DNA of 32,000 bases from assembly GCA_030649345.1 (NCBI GenBank), contig JAUSKK010000008.1:1-32000 (forward strand), written 5' to 3'. This document shows positions 8,243-16,663 of the stretch, one piece after another. The notes below the pieces were generated by a model. The model did no database searches. It was not told the DNA's origin and worked only from the letters and a program-made list of their open reading frames with translations. Position 1 is the stretch's first letter; every line of letters begins with the position of its first letter. The stretch comes from Candidatus Iainarchaeum sp. (GTDB taxonomy: Archaea; Iainarchaeota; Iainarchaeia; Iainarchaeales; 0-14-0-20-34-12). Made by a program: the position numbers and the translations under genes.

Positions 8243-8524
8243 AAAAGTGTGAGCATGCCAAAACATGGGGCAATGGTTGAAGAAAACGTTGTTCTTAAAC
8301 AAAGCTCCATGCTGCGAACTCATAACATTGCTTTTTTGAATTACCGTTGCTTTCTTCCGAATCTGGCGGGTTGGCTTCAATAAGGCAATCCATGAGGACA
8401 GCACTTCGTTGCCGTTGCTTAAGCGTGTTCTACAATTCATTGTTCGCTGTTCTAGCTTCGGTGCACTCTAAAGCAGGTTTAGTGTAACACAGAACTGCTA
8501 CCTCTGCCACCTAGCTCACATAGA
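8243..8524 (-). ncRNA. Signal recognition particle RNA (7S/SRP RNA)
   Basis: The minus strand carries the helix-8 apex CCAGAUUC-GGAA-GAAAGCAACGGUA, compared with the conserved CAGGNCC-GGAA-GGNAGCA(A/G)C. Alu-like 5' domain with two hairpins whose loops GUAGCAG and CCUGC are complementary. Terminal helix UGUGAGC/GCUCACA. TATA box upstream and an oligo-T tract downstream. Ends are approximate. Confidence 0.8.
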
Positions 8525-8540
8525 ATTAATGCGTGCTTGT

Positions 8541-8550
8541 GTTTTTATAG
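8541..8550 (-). promoter_or_regulatory. TATA box (CTATAAAAAC) for the SRP RNA gene, overlapping the Nudix stop codon
   Basis: Lies about 20-25 nt upstream of the first paired nucleotides of the SRP RNA on the minus strand. Confidence 0.5.
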
Positions 8551-9018
8551 TTTGATTTTGTCTGCTTGAATGTCTTTAAATAAATTCTTTAAATTGATGG
8601 TGATATTTTCTGGGATTTCTTCGAATTTAAACCATTTCATTTCACTGAATTTGTTTGGTTCCATTATTTTAGGAATTCCTTGCACGATTTTTGTTTTAAA
8701 AATTGGATTCACCCAATGCTGCAACCAGGGTTCCGGTTGGTCGAACGTGTTGCCTTCGCTGTTGCTTGACAGCACATTTTCTGGTGGAAAATGATCTACT
8801 ACTTTTAGTAATCGTTCGACTTCAATCTTGACTCCAATTTCTTCCATAACTTCTCGTTTGAGTGCTTGTTCTAAGGTTTCTCCGAATTCTACTTCTCCGC
8901 CTGGGAGCCCCCATTGGTTGGGCTCGTTTTTGACTTGGTTTGTTCTGTGTAAAAATAAGATTTCTTTTTTTTCGTTTTGAATTAAGGCTCCTACTCCTAC
9001 TTTGATTACTTTTTTCAT
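8545..9018 (-). CDS. Nudix hydrolase
   Basis: 157 aa. Nudix box GLPGGEVEFGETLEQALKREVMEEIGV. Confidence 0.8.
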   Translation of the reverse strand: MKKVIKVGVGALIQNEKKEILFLHRTNQVKNEPNQWGLPGGEVEFGETLEQALKREVMEEIGVKIEVERLLKVVDHFPPENVLSSNSEGNTFDQPEPWLQHWVNPIFKTKIVQGIPKIMEPNKFSEMKWFKFEEIPENITINLKNLFKDIQADKIKL

Positions 9019-9071
9019 AGTTAATTTGTGAAATGGAAAACTTCTTTAAAGGTTTGTTTAACTGAATCAGT

Positions 9072-9587
9072 ATGGACTTGTTAATTGAATTATTTGAAGA
9101 AGATATTTTTCCTAAACGTAAATCTAAAATTCCTGTTTCATATAATTTGCGTAAAGCTGCGCGTGCTGTTTTAGTAGATTCCAAAAAACAAATTGCTTTA
9201 CTGCATGTAGCTCACCATAATTTTTGGAAACTTCCAGGCGGAGGCATTGAACAAAATGAAACAATTCTGGAAGGTTTGGTTCGCGAAGTTCGAGAAGAAG
9301 TGGGTTGTGGTATTTCTAAAATTAAAGAACTGGGTGAAACTTTAGAATTTAGAAATCAAACCAATACTGTGCAAGTTTCGTATTGTTTTCTTGGAAAAGC
9401 CAGCAAACCTTTTACTGAACTTCATTTAGAAGATGATGAACTTGCTGATGGAATGAATTTGCATTGGGTTTCTTTAACGAAAGCAATTTCTTTAGTAAAA
9501 AATTCAATGCCTTCTAAGTATGAAGGCCATTTTATTAAGTTTCGTGATTTAGCTATTTTGCAAAAAGCAAAAACTTTTTTGAAATAA
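9072..9587 (+). CDS. Nudix hydrolase (second, divergently transcribed)
   Basis: 171 aa. Nudix box KLPGGGIEQNETILEGLVREVREEVGC. Confidence 0.8.
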   Translation: MDLLIELFEEDIFPKRKSKIPVSYNLRKAARAVLVDSKKQIALLHVAHHNFWKLPGGGIEQNETILEGLVREVREEVGCGISKIKELGETLEFRNQTNTVQVSYCFLGKASKPFTELHLEDDELADGMNLHWVSLTKAISLVKNSMPSKYEGHFIKFRDLAILQKAKTFLK

Positions 9588-10205
9588 TTATTTTTTTAAA
9601 TCTTTTTCAAATATTTGTGCAAGTTTTCTAGAAACTTTGCTTACTACCCATTCTTTGAAAGCGTCTTCTAGTGAAACATTTCTTTTTCCAGCTAATTGTT
9701 CAACTTTTTCCATATCTTTTTGTGTTGGAGAAATAACTGCCAAAACATGTTTTTTCTCAATTTCCAACATATGCTCTTTTGGAAAACCAGGTGTCAAAGG
9801 TTTCATTCTTCTTCTATATTCATTCGAGTATGCGTTTCCGTATCCTCCAATAAATTCAACCTGTGCTTGTCCAGTTTCTCGATCTCCTAAAATTACAATA
9901 GCTGGTCTATCTTCTTTGGTTTTCCAATATTTCCAGTGTTCCAGTCTTCGCGCCGCTCCAGTTGCGTGATTAACTGCCGCAAAAATAGTTGTGCGCAATT
10001 CTCTTAAAAATTGCCGGTTGTCATCTATGTTTCTAGGTCTTACCCAGTAATACAAAGTGCCTCCTTCTCTGTTAACTATTTTTGGTTTTCGTGTTCTAGG
10101 TTCCTTTGCATTGGTTCCTCGCAATGCAAGTCCTAATTCTTTTTCTTGAAGCACACTTCCCAATCTTCGTAAGTTAAAAACAGAAGGTCGTTTTCGTATT
10201 GGCAT
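9588..10205 (-). CDS. Hypothetical protein with polybasic N-terminus (MPIRKRPSVFNLRRL...)
   Basis: 205-aa ORF with no recognisable motif. Its stop abuts the stop of the convergent Nudix gene. Confidence 0.55.
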   Translation of the reverse strand: MPIRKRPSVFNLRRLGSVLQEKELGLALRGTNAKEPRTRKPKIVNREGGTLYYWVRPRNIDDNRQFLRELRTTIFAAVNHATGAARRLEHWKYWKTKEDRPAIVILGDRETGQAQVEFIGGYGNAYSNEYRRRMKPLTPGFPKEHMLEIEKKHVLAVISPTQKDMEKVEQLAGKRNVSLEDAFKEWVVSKVSRKLAQIFEKDLKK

Positions 10206-10224
10206 TATGAATGAGTGTTTCTGG

Positions 10225-11148
10225 TTAATAAAATTTCATGCTTAGATATCTTTCTCCGCGGTCTGGGAAGACTGTGCAAATGTTTTTGTATCCTTGTTGT
10301 TGGAGTTGTTGGCAAGCTAAAAAATTAGCTCCAGAGCTAATGCCTGCGAGTATTCCGTAGTCTTTGGCTAATTTTTTAGTCATTTCAATAGCATCTTTGC
10401 TTTTGATTTTGATGACTTCATCCACTAAATATAAGTGGTTTTCGATTATTTTTGGAATAAATCCATCACCGATACCTTCAATTTTGTGATGACTAGGTCT
10501 TTCCCAGTGCATAACTGCACTTTCTTCTGGTTCAACTGCCGCTAGCTTGGCTGTAGGAAACTTTTTTCGAATAGCATTTCCGACTCCAATTAATGTTCCT
10601 CCAGTTCCTATGCCTGCGACAAATGCATCAATGGTTTTCATGTCTTTCAAAATTTCTTTACCCAATGTTTTTTGGTGTGCTTCAATATTCCATTCATTTT
10701 CAAATTGTTTGACTGCATAATGTCCTTTCTTTTTAGAGTATTCATCTTCTAAGCGTACAGCTTCACATAGCAAATCTTCTGCTTTGGGTGTGAATATAAT
10801 TTCGGCTCCATATGCTTTCAGCATTTCCATTCGTTCATTGGTTAGTCCTTCAGGCATGATTACAATCATGTCGTATCCTTTGACTGCGCAAACCATAGAG
10901 AACGCAATTCCTGAATTTCCGGAAGTGGCTTCAACAACTTTATATCCTTTTTTGAGTAATCCTTGTTTTTCTGCTTTTTCAATAATGTATTTTGCAATTC
11001 TGTCTTTGGTGCTTCCGCTGGGATTAAAGTATTCAAGCTTGCAGCCAATGTCTTCAATTTTTACAAACGGAGTATTTCCAATAAAGTCTAAAATTGTTTT
11101 TCCGTTTTTGGTTTTTTGAATAATTTGTTCCGTTATGGGTGCCTGCAT
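10225..11148 (-). CDS. cysK: Cysteine synthase / O-acetylserine sulfhydrylase family PLP enzyme
   Basis: 307 aa. PLP-lysine block NPSGSTKDR, then TSGNSGIAFS and the GIGTGGT glycine loop. Confidence 0.8.
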   Translation of the reverse strand: MQAPITEQIIQKTKNGKTILDFIGNTPFVKIEDIGCKLEYFNPSGSTKDRIAKYIIEKAEKQGLLKKGYKVVEATSGNSGIAFSMVCAVKGYDMIVIMPEGLTNERMEMLKAYGAEIIFTPKAEDLLCEAVRLEDEYSKKKGHYAVKQFENEWNIEAHQKTLGKEILKDMKTIDAFVAGIGTGGTLIGVGNAIRKKFPTAKLAAVEPEESAVMHWERPSHHKIEGIGDGFIPKIIENHLYLVDEVIKIKSKDAIEMTKKLAKDYGILAGISSGANFLACQQLQQQGYKNICTVFPDRGERYLSMKFY

Positions 11149-11272
11149 ATTGGTTATTCGTTGGCTTGACTATAAAAACATTCTTGATTTTTTTTTTGTT
11201 TTTTTCGTCACTTGCACGAATTTTATAGTCTTTCCTATTTATTTAAAAAGTATTTGCTGTTCCAATCTGTGT

Positions 11273-11662
11273 ATGCCTCAAAATGATGCAATTATTTTTA
11301 GAAAACGCGGAGAACGAAAAAATTTGCGTTTAATTTTAGATGACGGAGATGACATTTTATCTTGCGTAAAGCAAGCCATGGCTGAGCATAAAATCGAAGA
11401 AGCTAAAATCGAAGCATTAACGGGTGTCTTTAAAGAAGGCGAAATGAATTATTTTGAAGGCAATAAATACAAAAACTTAAAATTGGATGGACGATTTGCT
11501 TTCTTGGCTTCGGGTCATTTTAAATTAAATTTTAATGAATTGTACGGCAGTGTTCATATCAGTGTAAATGAACGCCATCCCATTACTGGTACTTTGGTTC
11601 GTGGAAAAGGAACTGAAGGATTTGAAGTAAAAGTTTCGTTTATTGAATTACACGACAAATAA
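11273..11662 (+). CDS. PPC/DUF296-like protein
   Basis: The in-frame ATG at 11273 has a TATA-like TATTTATTTAAAAA about 25 nt upstream. The 129-aa product has the general PPC-domain pattern (GEMNYF..., SVHISV, ITGTLVRG, EVKVSFIEL). The upstream extension in the ORF track is discounted. Confidence 0.45.
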   Translation: MPQNDAIIFRKRGERKNLRLILDDGDDILSCVKQAMAEHKIEEAKIEALTGVFKEGEMNYFEGNKYKNLKLDGRFAFLASGHFKLNFNELYGSVHISVNERHPITGTLVRGKGTEGFEVKVSFIELHDK

Positions 11663-11672
11663 TTTTTTCTGG

Positions 11673-11762
11673 CTAATCTTCTTTTTCGCAACCGTAACCC
11701 GGTTGGTGTGTTAGATCATCTTCGTTTCACTCGATGATCTTGATTCAGTCTTCTTTTTCGTA
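11673..11762 (-). mobile_element. Stop-codon-adjacent two-hairpin insertion with flanking duplication of the gene end (copy E1)
   Basis: Minus sense: TACGAAAAAGAAGACTGA (gene end, 11745-11762), then a 54-nt block, then TGCGAAAAAGAAGATTAG (11673-11690). The block is ATCA, hairpin AGATCATC/GATGATCT with loop GAGTGAAACGAA, a 7-nt spacer, and hairpin CAACCG-GGTTA-CGGTTG. Confidence 0.5.
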
Positions 11763-11852
11763 TTCGATTTCAAATTTTGGCAAAGGTGTAATGCTGGCGC
11801 GTACTGTGAGTTTGCTTTTTGTTTTTCGTTTTCGTGTTTTTTTGTTTTCCAT
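11745..11852 (-). CDS. Small ORF, 35 aa (MENKKTRKRKTKSKLTVRASITPLPKFEIEYEKED)
   Basis: AAGGAG/GGAG Shine-Dalgarno upstream of the ATG. AT-rich TATA-like tract follows a hairpin plus T-run terminator downstream of radA. Its last codons are the sequence duplicated by element E1. Confidence 0.45.
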   Translation of the reverse strand: MENKKTRKRKTKSKLTVRASITPLPKFEIEYEKED

Positions 11853-11965
11853 TGCTCCAACTCCTTTGCTGACTAAAACTTAGAATTAATTTTTAAAAAA
11901 ATAAAAATAGTGATGCTGAAATAAAATGCAAACATCACGTACTATCAACTACGATTGGAGTTGAA

Positions 11966-12940
11966 TTATTCTTTGTCTTTTGCGTCTTCTACACCGTTTT
12001 CGGTAATGGTGTAAATACATTCTCCGTCCGGTAAGCTGGGACTGTCCACCAGTTTTGCAATTCGTTTGCTTTCTTTGCTTTTACGCAAATACAACCGAGT
12101 CTTAGCCGCATGTCCTACAATGTTTCCTCCAATTGGTGCTGTGGGATCTCCGAATAAAATATCAGGGCGGTCCATAACTTGATTGGTAACCAAGACTGCT
12201 ACATTACTCATTTCAGCTAACTTGGCTAGAACACGTAAGTGTTTGTTGAGTTTTTGCTGCCGATCCGACAAAGTTCCTCGTCCAATAAACTCTGCTCTGA
12301 ATTGGGAAGTTAAGGAGTCAACAATTACAAGTTTAATATTTTTTTCTTTTACTAATTCACTGGCTTTTTCTGCCAGAATACTTTGATGATCTGCATTGTA
12401 TGCACGAGCTACAAAAATGTTTTTTAAAACTTTTTGTGAATCCAATTTTAAGTATTCAGCTACTTGAATAATTCTTTCGGGTCGAAATGAGTTTTCGGAA
12501 TCAATCCATAAACAATTCCCATTCAATCCGCCTTTTTCTACAGGCAATTGTACTGTGACAGCTGTTTCAAAACATAACTGAGTTTTACTGGAACCAAATT
12601 TTCCATATACTTCTGTAATGCTTTGAGATTCTACTCCACCGCCAATTAATTCATCCAATGCTTTGGATCCGGTAGTAATTTTTCCAATAAGTTTTCTTTT
12701 TTCAGCTAATTTATCTGCACTTTCAAAACCCATGTCTAAAGAATCTCGCGCTGCTTTGATTGCTTTGGTTGCAGTAATTTCTCCCAATCCAGCTGCTTCC
12801 ATTAATTCTGCTGGGCTGGCAATTGCAATGCTTTCTAAAGTTTTGTATCCTGCAGTATTTAGTTTTTCTGCTGCCTGAGTTCCAACTCCAGGTAAATCGC
12901 TGACTTCTTTTATGTCTGTTGGTATTTCTGTTTTCGCCAT
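11966..12940 (-). CDS. radA: DNA repair and recombination protein RadA
   Basis: Start taken at MAKTEIP (ATG at 12940), preceded by GGAGGA. HhH N-terminal domain (LPGVGTQAAEKL), Walker A GKFGSSKT, Walker B LVIVDS. Confidence 0.9.
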   Translation of the reverse strand: MAKTEIPTDIKEVSDLPGVGTQAAEKLNTAGYKTLESIAIASPAELMEAAGLGEITATKAIKAARDSLDMGFESADKLAEKRKLIGKITTGSKALDELIGGGVESQSITEVYGKFGSSKTQLCFETAVTVQLPVEKGGLNGNCLWIDSENSFRPERIIQVAEYLKLDSQKVLKNIFVARAYNADHQSILAEKASELVKEKNIKLVIVDSLTSQFRAEFIGRGTLSDRQQKLNKHLRVLAKLAEMSNVAVLVTNQVMDRPDILFGDPTAPIGGNIVGHAAKTRLYLRKSKESKRIAKLVDSPSLPDGECIYTITENGVEDAKDKE

Positions 12941-13368
12941 ATAGATTCCTCCAAAAGCAAGTACAAAGCACATATTGAGCGCATGCTTTGGCCAGCATTT
13001 GCCCTTGAGCTTTACTTGTTCAATAGTACTTTAGTTTGTTTTATTTATAAACACTTTCCAAGTAGACTTCCGGTATTTCCGGTAAAGAACTAGGTTTAGA
13101 GCAGGATTGCATTTGAATTTTGAAAATGGTGATCGGTTGTAATAACTTTTGCTTTTTCATTTTCTGAATAGCTCAGTATTCACACTATATTTATCGGTCA
13201 TTTAATCTATCCTTTTCAGTCCAAACTATTTTTTGTCCTTTTAATGTTCCGTAAAATGAAGACAATTGTTTGGGTTTACTGATGTTGATTGTCAATTTCT
13301 TTGTTTTCGTAATATGTTCCACACCCCGTGTTTTTTTCCTCTAATAAACCTTGCTCTTTGCATAGTGT

Positions 13369-14700
13369 TCACGCGATTTCAATGATTTCTCGGACTGTGA
13401 ATTCCATTTCTTGATTGAATGGATTTTGCCGTACATTGCCTGTGACAATAATTTCTTTTCCTTCCAGCTTTTGGTTGAGTTCAGTAATAATGCTTTCCAC
13501 ACTTTTTGTTTTCAGTTCTTTTTCCAAGTCATTGGTTTTCATATTTAAAAGTTCTTCAGCTTGTTGGTCAAAAAAAGTTGCTTTAATGCTGCTGGTTCCA
13601 TCGTCGACTTCTAAAGAAATTACTGGCACAAGTAAAGGTTCTTGAATTAAACCGCATTTTTCGCACGAGTAATTATTTTCGCTTTTTTCTAGTTTTCCGC
13701 GGCATTTTCCGCACAATAAGAAATGTAATTTTCCAGATAAGACTTGGGTTATTTTGGCTCGAATTTCTTTGAATTTTTCGCCTACAATTAATTCTGCAAT
13801 GCTTTTTCGTTCAATTTCTTTTCTGAATTCTTTTAATAATGGAATTTTTTTTCCATGGCCAATTTGTTGTTCTATTTTTCCAATTAAGCCTAAGTGTAAT
13901 TCTAATTCTTTGAGTCCTTTTTTAGTATAGGCTCCAGATATTTTGACAATGTCTCCAATTCGAACTAAATTTACTTGGGTAGTGCTTTCGTTCCATGCAG
14001 TACACGTAATGGTTTTGGTTTCATCTCCGATTTCAAAGTTTTGAACTTTTCCTTGTTTTCCGTTTTTGTCAAATTCCCGCAAAGGATAAATTCGGACAAT
14101 TCTTCCAGTAACTTGAAGGTTTTGCTGGTTTTCTTTTAAGCTTCCTAGATTGCTGACCAAGAGTTCGTTTCTGTTTTTAGCTGAACTATTATGTGAATTC
14201 TCTTTTGAATTTTTTTCGATAATTTCTGCAGTAAATGCATTTCCGATATTGAGCTGATTTTTTCCCAAGTATTCGGTTACAAAACAATTGGTAAGTTTGA
14301 GGGTGTCTCCGTTTTCTACTTTTTCAAGTTTTTGAATTTGGTCATTCCAGAATGTGCAGGAAATTTCTCCGCTGCCATCGCTGATTAAAATTGTTTTTCG
14401 TTTTCCTATTTTTTCTCCTTTTTTGAATTCTTTTTCTGGAAAAACAGCTTGTACAATTCCTTGAATTTCCAAGCCTCTTAATCCATTGCGTAATTGTGCA
14501 ATGCTGAGTTTTTCACTGGCATATTTTTCGGTTTCAATTCCTGCGCCCAATTCTCTGGCAACCAAAAAAGCAGCGCCTTGTTCTGTGAGTAATCCTGCAA
14601 ATTTGCTTCGTTTTTCTTGAACTATGGCGTGTATTTCAGAAATAGATTTTCCTGTTTTTTGTACAATAGTTTGAACAATTTCTTCAGCACTTTGTTGCAT
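13369..14700 (-). CDS. Replication protein A-like ssDNA-binding protein (multiple OB folds + zinc ribbon)
   Basis: About 443 aa from the ATG at 14700; the ORF track begins at a TTG at 14724. Repeated OB-fold-like segments and CGKC...CEKC zinc ribbon, as in euryarchaeal/DPANN RPA. Confidence 0.65.
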   Translation of the reverse strand: MQQSAEEIVQTIVQKTGKSISEIHAIVQEKRSKFAGLLTEQGAAFLVARELGAGIETEKYASEKLSIAQLRNGLRGLEIQGIVQAVFPEKEFKKGEKIGKRKTILISDGSGEISCTFWNDQIQKLEKVENGDTLKLTNCFVTEYLGKNQLNIGNAFTAEIIEKNSKENSHNSSAKNRNELLVSNLGSLKENQQNLQVTGRIVRIYPLREFDKNGKQGKVQNFEIGDETKTITCTAWNESTTQVNLVRIGDIVKISGAYTKKGLKELELHLGLIGKIEQQIGHGKKIPLLKEFRKEIERKSIAELIVGEKFKEIRAKITQVLSGKLHFLLCGKCRGKLEKSENNYSCEKCGLIQEPLLVPVISLEVDDGTSSIKATFFDQQAEELLNMKTNDLEKELKTKSVESIITELNQKLEGKEIIVTGNVRQNPFNQEMEFTVREIIEIA

Positions 14701-14752
14701 AGTACTATTGAACCAAGAAAGCAATTAAACCTTTATGCGCTTTTACTGATAT

Positions 14753-15430
14753 ATGAATACTATTAAACAAATTTCTGATCGTGTGTTTATGTTGGCTTCT
14801 TTGAATGCTGGCTCGAATGTGTATTTAATTAACGATGAAAAGCCTGTGTTAATTGATACTTCGTTGTCTTTAAATTCTGTGAAATTGAATGAACTTTTAA
14901 GTAAAGCCAATCTTTCCAAGCAAGATATTGCTTTTGTTTTGCACACTCATGGTCATGCCGATCATTGGGGGAATTCATTTGAATTTTCTGCGCAACAAAA
15001 TTTTATGCATAAATTAGATGCAGAGCTTGTGAATTCCGAACGCGATGATTTTGCGTATGCTTCTTTGTATCATTTAAAAAATTGGCCCAAAATTGGAAAC
15101 AAATTTGAAGGAGAACAAATTCTTAATTTGGGTGAAACAAAATTGCATGTTTTGTTGACTCCAGGGCATACTGCAGGAAGTGTTTCTTTTTATTTGCCTG
15201 AATTAAAATTTTTGTTTTCCGGAGACACTGTTTTTTCGGAAGCCGCTGTTGGCAGAACTGATGTTTTGTCTGGAAATTTTGATTCTTTAAAAGAAAGTGT
15301 TTTGAAATTAAGCAAGTTAGAAATTGAAGCTTTGTTTCCGGGCCATTGGAAGGAATTAGTGAGTTTAAAAGCCAATCAAGAGAATTTTAGGCAAATTTTT
15401 TCAAATTTGAATTTAGGTTCAGGGCGTTGA
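14753..15430 (+). CDS. MBL-fold metallo-hydrolase
   Basis: 225 aa. HTHGHADHWG metal-binding motif and a later TPGHTAGS block. Confidence 0.8.
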   Translation: MNTIKQISDRVFMLASLNAGSNVYLINDEKPVLIDTSLSLNSVKLNELLSKANLSKQDIAFVLHTHGHADHWGNSFEFSAQQNFMHKLDAELVNSERDDFAYASLYHLKNWPKIGNKFEGEQILNLGETKLHVLLTPGHTAGSVSFYLPELKFLFSGDTVFSEAAVGRTDVLSGNFDSLKESVLKLSKLEIEALFPGHWKELVSLKANQENFRQIFSNLNLGSGR

Positions 15431-15525
15431 ATGCTATTTAATATAATATTGCATAAATCTGCCTTTTTATTGATTCAACACCCCGAGTACACTATTTTAA
15501 TACTTTAATCTCCGTAATCTTTTGT

Positions 15526-16314
15526 ATGTTTGTAAAAGATAAGCACAAAGTGTACGATTATGTGCTAAACGAAATTGACTCCAAGAAAGGTTTGGTGTTT
15601 GTGGTCATTGATCCACCCAATCAAGAGCCTAATGTTTCTGGAAAGATTGCAAAGATTGCTGAACAAAAAGGAGTTACTGCAATTGCTGTAGGCGGAAGTG
15701 TAGGAGCTCAAGGTGCTTTATTGGAAGATACCATTCAAGAAATTAAAGAAAATTGTTCTTTGCCTGTGATTTTGTTTCCTGGAAATATTGCCACTGTCTC
15801 CAAAAAAGCGGATGCGATTTATTTTATGACTTTATTGAATTCCAATGATCCTTATTATTTGGCAGGTGCTCAAATTAGTTCAGCATATTCTTTAAAGCGA
15901 ATGAATTTGGAAGTCATTCCTACTTCGTATATTATTGTAGAACCAGGTCGTGCAGCAGGATGGATTGGTTCAGCTAAATTAATTCCTCGAGAGCTTCCGT
16001 ATCTTGCAGGGATTACTGCATTGGCTGGGCAATACATGGGTTCAAAGTTTTCAATTCTTGAATCTGGCGGTGGAGCTCCAGAACCTGTGCCAGTAGAAAT
16101 GATTGCGTATACTAAAAAATTAATTGATATTCCTTTAATTATTGCAGGCGGTGTTCGTACTCCAGAATATGCTTTGCGCACCATTAAAGCGGGTGCAGAT
16201 ATTGTTCATGTAGGAACTGCAGTTGAAGAACAAAACGGAAAACCTGCAGATATTGAAAAAAAGATTTTTTCTATTGTTTCTGCTGTACAGACTGCGTCTA
16301 AATTTAAAAAATAG
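15526..16314 (+). CDS. Geranylgeranylglyceryl phosphate synthase (PcrB/GGGPS family)
   Basis: 262 aa. IDPPNQ, AIAVGGS, ILFPGN, ESGGGAP and IAGGVRT blocks typical of GGGPS. Archaeal ether-lipid marker. Confidence 0.8.
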   Translation: MFVKDKHKVYDYVLNEIDSKKGLVFVVIDPPNQEPNVSGKIAKIAEQKGVTAIAVGGSVGAQGALLEDTIQEIKENCSLPVILFPGNIATVSKKADAIYFMTLLNSNDPYYLAGAQISSAYSLKRMNLEVIPTSYIIVEPGRAAGWIGSAKLIPRELPYLAGITALAGQYMGSKFSILESGGGAPEPVPVEMIAYTKKLIDIPLIIAGGVRTPEYALRTIKAGADIVHVGTAVEEQNGKPADIEKKIFSIVSAVQTASKFKK

Positions 16315-16317
16315 TTT

Positions 16318-16656
16318 TTAATTTTTTCCTGTTTGTGTCCAGCTTTGAATTATTTTTTGTTGAATACTTGCACGCTCATGTAAAGCTTGCCCGACTAAAA
16401 ATCCAAGCTTAAGTGGGCTAATTCCAGGATTTTTTCTTCGAATTCGTGCAATCGTTTTTTGAATAGCTTTAAGTTCATCTTTGCTTAAACCTTGAGTTAC
16501 CATCGGCTTCCATTTGCGTTTTGCTTGCAGTTGTTCTTTTTTTTGCATATTTCTTTTTTCTTTGGCTTGCCGTGTTTGAATGTTTTTTCTTTGAACAAAT
16601 CGTGTAGTTGATCTAGCTTTTGCAGTTCTTCTTCCTTGCGGTCTGCGAGTCGGCAT
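16318..16656 (-). CDS. Hypothetical very basic protein (MPTRRPQGRRTAKAR...)
   Basis: 112 aa. The first ~55 residues are almost entirely K/R/Q. The C-terminal ~55 residues look helical. Lies 8 nt downstream of the preceding ORF, so probably co-transcribed. Confidence 0.55.
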   Translation of the reverse strand: MPTRRPQGRRTAKARSTTRFVQRKNIQTRQAKEKRNMQKKEQLQAKRKWKPMVTQGLSKDELKAIQKTIARIRRKNPGISPLKLGFLVGQALHERASIQQKIIQSWTQTGKN

Positions 16657-16663
16657 TTAAAAG

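Noticed and set aside
8201-8440. 79-aa minus-strand ORF in the track
   Set aside because: It lies inside the SRP RNA gene and the adjacent promoter/terminator region. No SD is present, and the SRP RNA explains the sequence conservation features.
8059-8524. RNase P RNA
   Set aside because: Fragments such as GAGGACAGC, ACAGAAC and GAAAGCAC look superficially like the CR-I/CR-V regions. They cannot form a P4 helix, and their spacing (about 95 nt) is wrong. The 8243-8524 part is explained by the SRP RNA.
8822-9184. 120-aa minus-strand ORF rich in S/R/K
   Set aside because: It overlaps the Nudix gene in another frame and runs across the divergent promoter region. Low-complexity composition with no motif.
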